From positions 23,746,001 to 23,810,000 of the forward strand of contig CDPCPM010000106.1 in assembly GCA_976551045.1 (NCBI GenBank): a DNA stretch of 64,000 bases, given 5' to 3'. The position numbers and the translations under genes are program-made. Source of the stretch: Glaucostegus cemiculus (taxonomy: Eukaryota). Of the stretch, positions 25,130-35,890 are shown one piece after another (the stretch's first letter is position 1; every line of letters starts with the position of its first letter). The notes beneath the pieces were generated by a model. It ran no database searches. It was not told where the DNA came from and saw nothing but the letters and a program-made list of their open reading frames with translations.

Positions 25130-25218
25130 TGCATGGGAAAACTATGCATGGGAAATAACCAAGTGATCTACCTATGTACACCTCTTGGTTCTTTCCCATG
25201 CACAATATGCATGAGAAA
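25130..25218. repeat. Hairpin with four TGCATG(G/A)GAAA units
   Basis: 25145-25163 pairs with 25184-25202 at 18 of 19 bp; extra direct copies of the unit at 25130 and 25208. Confidence 0.85.
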
Positions 25219-26844
25219 TATAAACAACCTCAGCTCTCAAAATGCAATAGTTCTAATAAGTCTAGCACCAAAGTTCTGGAGCATCTAGCAAAGCTAAATC
25301 AGTAGGCCCCAACTGAAATTTGAAATTAACATTTAAGTGTGACAGGAAAGATGGTAGGCAGTTGTGATCCCATTAGACATAATGATGGACAATGAGATAA
25401 TCAACACTCATAACCTGTAACTTTAGTGGTGAAAAAACCTCGCATATTTCAAAATGCTAATGATTACATAAAATATCAGTAAATGCTCACAGCAATAACA
25501 CTATCAATGGGAAACTCAGCCAATGCTAAAGGCAGTAGTGAAATTAATACTTCAGCTACCAGCTGCACTCGTATATTAAAAACAAAGAGGAAGCTTAAAT
25601 ATGTGGCAGTTATTTAAAATATGACAAAATGTTTAACAATATCCAAGGTTCAAACAAAACAAATAGGCCAACAATCAAACCAATGATAACAGCAATGAAA
25701 ATTAGTTAACTCATAATTAATGTTAACATTAACACTTTAATTAACAATGGTAAACGATCATATAAACATGACAACTTCTCAGATTCAAAACTTCTGTGGA
25801 ATGAAACACATATCCTCTTGGCCTCACTGTGGACTGTCATTAACTCTGGAGGTCAAATTTTAATCTGTTCAGGCCTTGTCTTTTTAAATCTTGTGAATAA
25901 TGATCATTAGAAAGGAGCCTACTTATCACCTTATTGTAATAATTACATTATCCGAAAACAGATCTTGCTAATTAATGAGCTTGCAGCTAATGATGTCTGT
26001 CATTACTGTGCAGACTATTTCAGACAGCATATTTCACGATGGTATTTTAGTACTCAGTCCATAATCTGAGCCTACGTGTTCCTCTGAGGTTTTCAATGAA
26101 GTTCTGTAATGCGTCTCCCAGGAGAATGCTAAACATTAAGATTCAGGCAACTTACTGGACTCCTCATTAAAGCACAGATATCTACGATTACCACTGAAAG
26201 AATAATGAGAGACTGTCAAAGGAGGAAAGTACTTCTGGGTAGCCGTGGGAGAAAGAAATCAGCAGTTTTTTAAAAAAAAGAATCCATATAAGGCAGTGGC
26301 CATTTCCTGCCTATTTGCCTCCTAAGGTTGTCTTACAGCACCCATCATCCCTGGGCAGATGTCTCAAGTTCTGGTCATCAGCTCAAGGAAATTTCCAAAC
26401 AATTCTGTCTAGTTGATTCCTTTCAGCATAAAAATGAGTCAGATTGCAATGTTACAGATAATGCAGTTTCCACATTAGAATGGTATACTGAGGACTATTA
26501 AAATACAGGTTTGGATTTGTGCAGTATGATGTCTAACAGTCTCCCTGTAGTCAGCTTCAGCAGACTGGTTATTTTTTTTTTAAAATGCTGGCTGCAGTTG
26601 AGCTGCTGAAATATTGCTCCCTTTCACTTTGCCCACACAGATGCTCTTGATGACCCTTGAGAAGCTTTTGCCTTCGATGAGCCAGCTTCAGGCTATTTGC
26701 AACAGTCTATTGAAGAAGTAGTTGGGAAAGACTGGCTGTGGGCGATGACTCCTGGATCTCCTGCCTTGCATCTCTCCAGTCATGCAGGGGAGTAATCTTC
26801 TCATATGTAGCTTCTCTCTGCTTCTGGAGGAGAGCTAGGTGATT

Positions 26845-27030
26845 TCAAGTCAAGTCCAGCTAAGTCAAGGCGAAGTTATTGTCATATGCACAAGTACCTT
26901 TATGCAAGGTGCAATGAAAAACTTATCTGCAGAAGCATCGCAGGCACATAGCATTAGAAACAATACGTTCACAAGACAGATATAAATTGAACTTTAATTA
27001 TACAATAAAGGACACAATTTGAACAAAAGA
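26845..27030 (-). mobile_element. LINE 3' tail (L2/Rex-Babar-like)
   Basis: CAAGTCAAGT-type terminal repeats followed by TTATTGTCATATGCACAAGTAC...GTGCAATGAAAAACTT. Confidence 0.55.
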
Positions 27031-29749
27031 AGTCAAAAGGCATTCCTTTGATCTTTGCTTATGAATGGCATTTTGCTGCTTAATGAGAACAATGGTCTTC
27101 CTAGGGTAGTGCATCTCTCCATTTAACAAAACATCAAGCTGCTCCCTGGTGACAGGACACTGTTCCTTCAGATCTTCAGGCGACTCCTGTGTGGCAGAGA
27201 TGGGACATAAAGCTGGATTAACTCAAGTCATCACAGAAGCAGCAAGAATTTTTGTAGCCTGTGTCTGTGCCTCCTTAGCAGATGTCATCTAAAACAGGAG
27301 GTGTTATCTGACCATTGTAATAGATACTCAGCCAAGCAGTACTTAAGTCCTCCAGAGCAGAGGTCATTGGTCTTCTGGTTCTGCACAGCTTCCTGTGAGA
27401 GCATGGAGATGTATGCCACCATGCTCCTTGTCATCACTTGCATTTGGCGGGACGTGCCTGATAACAAGCTGAACATCTCACTGCATCCACATCAACCTTG
27501 ACATGAGAGCTTCCTAATCTGAGTCTTCTGCACAGTACTGGTAGGTGGATCCTGTCTCCAAAGAGCCCCCACACCAAGTTCCCTGTGCCTATTGCCAGGC
27601 TGCAGCCTGAAAGCGCCTGGTGCATCTCCGTGACACAAATCCCTCAAAAGTCAGCTTATCCCTCATGGTTCCAGTCTCTGAGTGGGTGCTGTGGGCAGTG
27701 ATGCACTTTGCTCATCAGTATCATAGTCATCCCTGTTCCCCTCCTCCTTTCCCTCCACTGTGCCCTCCTGTCCCCTCTCCTCCTCTTCTGGGAATGGTCT
27801 ATCCCAGGAACCTACAAAGGCAAACTGGAAAGTAGTTGCATTTGCAAGGTGCCTAGGCAAAACCTAGCTCTCTCTTTACCTTGAATCTTTTATGCAAGTT
27901 CCTCTTCTGTTAGATTTTCATTTCTAAGAGCATCTTCCTGTATTTCACTCTAACAACCTAACAAAGAACATCACAGACAATTCTGTCGAGCCAAGGGTTA
28001 CCTATGACTGACCCCACCTTTTTCCCATATATCGACACTATTCTAGCTGTGGACAGCTGTTTGTGATTAGGAGTGAGGGACTCGACGATATTTTTCCCTT
28101 TCTCTAACCCAATGATACCTAGATTAATGTTAACATTTTCACCAGAACTATGTCTGAGATCAGCTCAAACCAAGGATCAAACCCGTGACCTTACAAACCT
28201 TTTCTTTCTGTGTATACATCAATGCTTTACTGTGGGGTGGAATGAAATGCCATTGCAGCTGTTAAGGGGTTAATCTAATTTGACTGTTAACTGAAAGTCA
28301 ATTGTTCTACAAAGTAAAACTGTTGTCCTCAACATGGGGAAATGCCTGCTCTTTTACTGTATACCTTTTCCTGACTGTTTGAATTAATTTGTGGCAGAAC
28401 ATTACACACCATAGTTTCTGTTCAACAGTGAAGATTAAAAATAAAACACAAAGGAAATTGAAAAATAAACACTGCTGTGTGGTCAGTCCCATGAAAAACT
28501 GACAATCAATCCCTGCTGGATCCCTTGGTCAGGGACTGTGGTTGGCAAAAGATGGCAGTTTGAAATGTTAGCACAAACAGAGAATGCAATCCAGGCAGTT
28601 CCGAGCCCAGGGACAGGGTCTGTTCCATATTTATGCCAAAGTTCCGTTTGCAATTTTGGCCATGGGGCAGTAAAATTATTAAATAGCATATAAAGATCCA
28701 AACAAGCAAATGGTTCATGTAATCAAAACATATAATTATGGATTGTTCAGTAGGCAACTCTCTTGTTTTACTCCTCTGAACTGGAATATGTTGCTGCAGG
28801 AACAAAATACAGATCTTAAGCTGAGGTCACAAATACCCACACTAAACAGACTCTCAGAGAAATGATTAAGTTTGCATCTGTTATCAACTGCACTTCATTA
28901 ATTCTTACTAAAGATCCACTATATGTTTTTTTAACCAACATTTAGTTGATGGCCTTCAGGAAAATGAAATAATTCCATTAACCATTTCTACCATAACAAT
29001 TTTATTGAGGTTGGATATTGGATAGCTGGCAGTGAATTCAATGGAGAATTAAATTAGAATTACATATAAATGTTAGAAGGATTAATACCTCACACTTAAA
29101 CCCCTAACAATAGAACCACACAACATGTGGTTATTTTTACCTTAAGCTTTCTGATGCTATTGCTCATTGAAAGTCAGAAGCAATGTGGTCTTATACCATT
29201 AGTGCAGTCATTATATCATACTCAATACATTGTACATCTATGGTTACACAGAACAATGATGCAGCATCACCTGTTGGTTTTATGCACAACTTAGAAATTT
29301 ACATGTGACAAAGTGTGAGCCCTGAGGCATGACAGAACGGTAGCAAAAGGTGGAAGTTGGGTGCAACTGCCATGAATCAGCCTATGAATGACTAGAGAGT
29401 ATACCTAGCTACACCTGGATTGTGCTCTGTTTTTGCTTCTACTATATTACAGTGGGTAAAATGTTACTCTTCTTTGTCTCTCTCCCCCACCAAGCCTTGG
29501 ATACATGTTGATTTTTTGGGAATTCCACTATTTATGCCCTGTAAGTAACCTCAGCAGAACTCTTGACAGAAACACCATCAGATATGGTGTTCAGTTCACA
29601 AGATACCTCCAGGGAAGTGTATTTGCAGGTTGCATTAAAAGGTGCAATGCCTTGAATTACATTAAAATTAGCCATCCCAGTTTAGAATGGGGTTTAAGCC
29701 TATGCTCTGGGCACGACTGAGACCCATTCTTCTGCTCTCACAATGCAAC

Positions 29750-30146
29750 TATCACAATGTCAAGCAAAGAGCAAGATCACAGAGAACCCAAATGTGGCAC
29801 ACCAGTACAAGACTGGAGTCAGGATGCTGCTTCCTCAGAACCACAAGCTGGCAGTGACTAGAAGGAATATTGCCTCAGAGCTCTGAGGCAGAGTCCCAAC
29901 ACAGGAACAGCAAAACCAGGCCTGCCCTAGCATTGACAGCACTAAGCAGCCAGGAGACAAAGTACACCAAAAGGTTGACCAATACTCTGGCAACTAGTGG
30001 TAGTGAAACCAGGGTTCTTATGCTAGTCTCCTGCTGGGGCTCAGGTGTGTGTCATTATGTGATTAGTAGTGCATGGAATCCATGTGCTACACAACAAGGC
30101 ACCAATAATGGAGCCAAATCGAAGGCCAGCACTTGGAACCTTGACA
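29750..30146 (-). mobile_element. Solo LTR, 397 bp, with 5-bp TSD
   Basis: The minus strand starts TGTCAAG and ends TGTGATA (TGTGACA in the copy ending at 461). It is flanked by GCAAC at 29745-29749 and 30147-30151. Orientation is relative to the copy at 1-461. Confidence 0.8.
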
Positions 30147-31989
30147 GCAACTTTGGTGCAGTTGGATGCCCAGAACATTACATTGTTAAGAGACACATTT
30201 TTCTTCCTGTTTTATGTGCGCATGAACTTTAAAGGCAGGGTATTAAAGATACAGTAAGGGCAATGTAAGATCTAAATATGTTATTTTAGGTATCTAGGCT
30301 GTGACACAAAGAAAACATTATTTATTAATACATTATATACAATTCATGTCATTGATCATGCACCAAACAATAGTTTATAACAACTTATTGCTCCATTTTT
30401 CTGCTCTATCACTGTGGGACCTTGTGAAAGCATTATGTCACCCTGGTAGTGAGCAGAGAGATCTCTTGCTCATATTCTGTTTACTTCTGCACTTGAAAGA
30501 ATAGTAAAGAAATTTTGATCTCCTCATAGACAATGAAGTAAAAAGAATTGGTTGGATATTAACCCCTCCATTGACAGCTAATCATAAATCTCAGCTTCGA
30601 TATATTAGCCTTATTTTAAGGCTAACATTGCATATTTTTATTACAAGTCTATTTGTCTGATATAAGACAAAGCTGATGTTTACAGGAATAAAAACTGTCA
30701 TATCAGAGCCAACAGAAAGCCATTCCAAAACTGGGATAAATGGACTCAACCACACAGGAGCAAAGCATGAGATGAGATTATTGCCCTGAATCCATTCCTT
30801 CTTAATAGTTCATATTTAGAATATATTATTGAACATTTTACTTAACTTATTAAGTTTGACTTTTTCCAGTTTGTTGTGATTAAATATGTTGATAGGTCCT
30901 ATTTAGTGTTTGTTAACTGTTTCTGTTTTATCACAGAAAAGGCATATTCAATAAAGATAAATCAGAATCTGGAGAGAGAAAAGCTTTATTAACATTCTGC
31001 AAGAGAACTTAAGCTCCATCTGAAAAATTAACTTTTCTCTTTTTGGATAGAGTATTTTTGGAATTTTCTTCACCTCTCCACTTGTTTTCTTCAGTTTGGT
31101 ATCAATGAATTACAGTCTCACTCTCCTGGTCACAGACTTTTATGTATATCAAAAGTTCAGTAATCTTTTTGCTGCTTCTTTTTTTTTAAGTTTGTATATG
31201 AATCCTTTACATTATATCAAGACCTGACAGCTAAGAATAATGCAGTGTTAGGTTCTTGAGAGGGCTTTAAATGGGATTTAAGGAGAAAGGATGTATTGAT
31301 GATTGCAGGAGCATAAACTTAGTATCAGCTCTTTGCAGGCAGAGGGAAACACACCCCTGATGAGAACGACAGACTGAAAAACCTCACAATGCAATGTGAA
31401 GCACATTTCCATTGCATAGGTTGCCTATTAATGGCTAAACTTAAATGTCTTTCCACTACTCTGTTACGTTGGATACCAGAATTACATCCACGCAAGATGG
31501 AGAAAACAGCCTTATCTAACACAAGAGGCTGAGAGGAATAATATTCTTTGAGAAGAACATCGTGAAGAATTCCTCCCTCTCAGAATACGATGCTGATAAT
31601 TGCTACTTAAATAGTGAAATCACAAGAACACCAATTTGACATTTCTTGCTAAAAGCCCTTGGGAGTGACTGAAGGTGATAGTCAAGCAAGGAGCTTCTGG
31701 TCTGTCAGACATGCCCATGGGGTTTGGTCTATGGCTCAAGGATGGCCATGGCCAACTAGTCCATTGCATTGCAGGCAGTTGTTCAATTGTGCTACCTGTT
31801 CTTTCACTTGAGCTATATGTTGCCAGCACTTGTTGGCAGGGGATCAAATATTATATATGGCAGGTGCTACTTAAAGGCAATACTCTCTGCTGACAGGGAC
31901 ACCTACAGTGACTATATACAGCACCTGGCATCTTTTGTAAGTGGAATCTGTGGTCTAATATATTGAGGAATAGCTGATTATACAAAAGA

Positions 31990-34190
31990 GCCAAGCCTCC
32001 TGAAATGCATTAAATTGCAAGAAGAGCTAAGCTGTAAGGACTTCAAAGCTGCCTTAATGCCGGAGTGGGAACCCTTGATGTTGCTCACTACTGTATTCAG
32101 CTAGTGTACTCACCCTTATCTACTCTGCTGGTTACAACTGCAAAAAACGTTAATGGATTTGTCAAATGTGATTTCCCTTCCATAAATCCATGTTGACTCT
32201 GTCCAATATTATTATTTTCAAGTGTCCTGTTACCACTTACTTAATAATATATTCCAGCCTTTCTCTGCTACTGATGCCAGGCTAATTGGACTGAACTTTC
32301 CTGTTTCCTCTCCTCCTCCTTTCTGAAATAGTGGAGTTATACTTGCTACTTTGCAATCTGTGATAACTGATCCAGAATTTATAGAATTTTGGAAAATGAC
32401 AACCAGTGCATTATCGCTGTAACCAGTTATTTCAAAACCTTGGGATGAAGGTTATTAGATCCTGGGAATTTCCTAAAAATAGAAAAGCAGAGTATTTTTC
32501 AAATGCAGGAAGATTAAGAGAGGTTGGTGTTCTGAAGGACCTGAGTGACCTTGTACACAAATCAGTGCCAATTAACATGCAGGTACAGCAAGCAATTAGG
32601 AAGGCAAATGATCTGTTTGCTTTCAGCACCATTCATTTATCCAGTGCTACGTTTTATGAAACCTAATTTCTTTTAGCTTATCATTCTCTCTAGACCTGTT
32701 GATGTCCACTATTTACAGGAGGGATTTTTTGGGTCTTCTTCATCATCAAAACATTTGTCTCATTTCTCTGCCATTTCCTTATTCTCCAACAGAATTTACC
32801 CTTCCTTGGTCTGTAAGGGACTCACAGTAACATTACCAAATCTATTTCTTTTTACATATCTGTAGAAGCTGTTGCAGTCTGCTTTTATGTTTCTTGCCAG
32901 ATTACTCTCTATGTTACTTTTCCTTTCCTTCCCAAAGTCTTCATCCTCCTTCGCCGAATTCTTAAATTTCTCAGTCTTCAAAGCAACTGCTCTTTTTGGC
33001 AATATTATAGGATTTTTTTACTTTTATCTATCTTTTAGTGCTCTTGTTAACCCCGTCAGACCACATTTCCTTTTCTGTGCCTTAAAGGGATAAATATTTG
33101 TTGTATTATTTCCTTCAGTACTTTTTATTGCTTGTCTAGTTTCATACTTTTGATGTAGCTGTAGCAGCCAGCAGGGTGCGACTTAGAAGAACACGAGGAC
33201 ATGGAGACTTGATCGAGCACGTTTTTAATAACTCACCAAAAGCCGCTCATATCCCGAACTACAAAAAACATGGCCGGTGGAAGTGATGTCATACTCCCGC
33301 CGGAAGTCCCGCCTTCCGGCGTTATTGCGGGAACTCGCGCGTTTCCCGCGACGGCCGACGGCGTTTCAGACCCCGATATCGTGAGTCGCTACATAGCTTC
33401 CCAATCTACCATAACCAACTATTGATTCATAACTTTGTTTAGTTTTAAGACCCAGGCTTGGATTGAATTAATTTATGTTCGACTCTTCCTTAAAAGTCCT
33501 TTAACAACTGGATCCTTAATTAACCATCCCTCATTTCACAGTATTAGAGCTAAAATAGCCTGTTCCTCAACATAATGATCTTGAAAACTATCTCATTATC
33601 ATTCCATGAATTGTGCCCCACATTAATGCTGATAATTTAGTTGGCCTAGTCAATGTGTAGACTAAAGTCCCCCACAATTACAGTATTACACACAATACTA
33701 ATTCAACTCTATGCTTCGCCAAGCTGAAGTCCTTTCAATTGTGTTCATTTTGCAACCTTGTCACCATAATGACTATTAGATCATATCCATTTATTTCTAT
33801 TTGTGCCATCAGTTCATCTATTTTGTTACAATACTACATGCATTTAGATAAATGCCATTATTTTTGTCTTTTTGCCATTTTCCCCTTCTCTGACACCATC
33901 TGAAGGAATGCCCGAGTGTGTGTATGCTCTGTAGACACAAGAGACTGTAGATAAAATTTGGATGCAGACTGCCCTGATATTTGTATGCTCAGTCCCTTCC
34001 TAAAACTCTGGTAATGTTACCTATTTCAGTGAACTACACTGATCACTTTGTCCTTTCTCTTTAACTCTCTGAGTTTCACATTTGAAACATTATCTATAGT
34101 CATAGTTATTCACTTCACCTGGACACTGGACCCGCTTCCCAGCAGAAGATCTACGTCTTTCCCCAGTAATCCACGAATTGAAAGATTCTG
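31990..34190 (-). mobile_element. Long degenerate CR1 LINE (ORF1 end, EN, linker, RT start)
   Basis: ESNLARNIKADCNSFYRYVKRNR..V.PL (ORF 32796-33002), SQHGFMEGKSHLTN and VVTSRVDKG, all on the minus strand. Confidence 0.85.
33160..33393 (-). mobile_element. Young solo LTR, 234 bp, Gypsy-like, 4-bp TSD
   Basis: TGTAGC...GCTACA inverted termini; TAGC duplicated at 33156-33159 and 33394-33397; ATTAAA on the minus strand at 33224-33229; very CpG-rich; interrupts a CR1. Confidence 0.9.
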
Positions 34191-34239
34191 ATCGTCCAAA
34201 AGCACTTCACAGTGAGAAAAGTACTTTCGAATGTAATTA

Positions 34240-34405
34240 TAACAGATATGAAACAGCTCAGATTTTTGGACGTGAGAAAAGCGAGGAGTTACCTGGAACC
34301 TGCAGGAAAGTAGAGATGAGGGGATGATTAGATCAGCCACAACCCTGTTCAACACTGGGACTGATTCAATGGAAATATGGACTACTCCTGCTTTCATTTC
34401 TTATT
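34240..34405 (+). mobile_element. CR1 3' tail
   Basis: AGATTTTTGGAC...GCAGGAAAGTAGAGATGAGG...AGATCAGCC...GGACTACTCCTGCTTTCATTTCTTAT. Confidence 0.7.
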
Positions 34406-34519
34406 GGCTGGAAAGTTAGCTGGAAAATAGCAGTGACTGTTTTAAAGCAGCATTTAAGCTGATTTGCATCATTATTTTGAAGCTTGGCATACTGCTGGTG
34501 GAAATACAATTATGATGTC

Positions 34520-35010
34520 ATAGAAATGTTGAAAATTTATGACATGGAGAGAGAGGCCATTTGCCCCATCATGTGTGTGCTAGTTGAAAAAGAGCTACCC
34601 AACTTAATCCCATCTTTCAGCACTGGGACTGTATCCTAAGTATTCAATTCGTATGATGAGAGTTTCTTCCTTCAGCTCCCGATTCTTACCACCCTTCCTC
34701 ATCTGCTCTTTAATCTTTCTACTACTTACTTTAAATCCATTCCCCTCTGTTAATCAGTCTTTCTTACTTACTCTAAGCCACTCATAATTTTATGTATGTC
34801 AATTATGCCTCCTTTCAGCTTCCTCTGTTCCAAAGAAAGCAACTGCAGCTTATTCAATCTCAACCCGCAGATAACACTTTCTTGTCCTGGCAACATCCTC
34901 GGAAATGGCCACTGCATCCTCTCCAGTGCAACCTTCTCTGTAATGTGGTGACCAAGCTGTGGCCTAATTAGTACTGTGTACACTTCTAGCATAATCTACC
35001 TATTTTTATA
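34520..35010 (-). mobile_element. CR1 RT C-terminus plus tail
   Basis: ORF 34768-34992 (LEVYTVLIRPQL..ALERMQ..RMLPG..LLSLEQRKLKG..KIMSGL); tail GAGGCCATTTGCCCCATC. Confidence 0.85.
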
Positions 35011-35189
35011 TTAGTTGGGCACACAAATCTGTTTATTGAATGGCAGCCTATACAATTCCTGGCAAAACACATCACTGAGGCATTCGTTGGATCAACAATT
35101 AAATATTGGATAACACAATTCCATTACGATTAGACATCATTTTCCTCCAAGAGTCACGTTATCTTCAAGTGTAATTCTGAAATTAGTGG

Positions 35190-35890
35190 AATACCACAAA
35201 ATCTGTGAGCCCTGACAACATTCCCACAATAGTACTGAATAGTACTGCAGAACTTGTCGGACCTTTAGCCAGAACTGTTCCAGTGCAGCTACAACACTAC
35301 CATCTACCCAACAATGTGGAAGATTGTCCAGGTATGTCCTGTCCACAAGAAGCAGGACAAATCCAATGAGAGCAATTACCTTCAATCTACTCTTGATTAT
35401 CAGAAAAGTGATGGAAGCTATGCTCAATATTGCCATCAAGCAGCACTTGCTTAGCAACTGTCTACTCACAGAAGCTTAATTTTGGTTCTGTCAAATTCAT
35501 TCAAAGCCTGACCTCATTACAGCCTAGGTCCAAACATGGACAAAAGAGCTGAACTCCAGAGGTTAGGTGAGAGTCACTGCGTTAAGTGATAGTCATTAAG
35601 ACAGCATTTGATTCAGTATGGCATTAAAGGAGCCCTGGCTCAACTGGAGTTAATGGGAATCAGGAGGAAAACTCTCCATTGGTTGGAATTATACCTAGCA
35701 CTAAGGAAGGTGATTGTGGTGGTTGGAAATCAATTATCTCAGCCACTGGTCATCTCTGCAGAAGATCCCCAGGGTAGTGTCCTAGGCCCAACCATCTTCA
35801 GTTGCTTCATCAATGACATCCTTTCAGTTGTAAGATCAGAAGTAGAGATCTTTGGTGATGATTGCATGGTGTTCTGCACCCTTCACAATA
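35190..35890 (+). mobile_element. Decayed CR1/L2-group RT fragment, same family as 462-998
   Basis: PDNIP, GIYP.MWKIVQVCPVHKKQDKS and PQGSVLGPTIFSCFIND..EIFGDDC motifs; shares GGTCCAAACATGGACA.AAGAGCTG.ACTCCAGAGG with 476-511. Confidence 0.9.

Noticed and set aside
32105-32150. Strong-looking 24-nt minus-strand microexon (TTTTTTGCAG...AGG/GTGAGT)
   Set aside because: It lies within CR1 RT sequence (VVTSRVDKG).
34110-34397. Apparent 181-nt minus-strand exon (TTTCCTGCAG...CAG/GTGAAG; FQVTPRFSHV...GSGSSVQ), CpG-rich and open
   Set aside because: It decomposes into a CR1 3' tail (which supplies the acceptor), a DeuSINE tail fragment and a CR1 ORF1 remnant. The donor is weak and the peptide unrecognised. 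Exonisation cannot be fully excluded without RNA data.
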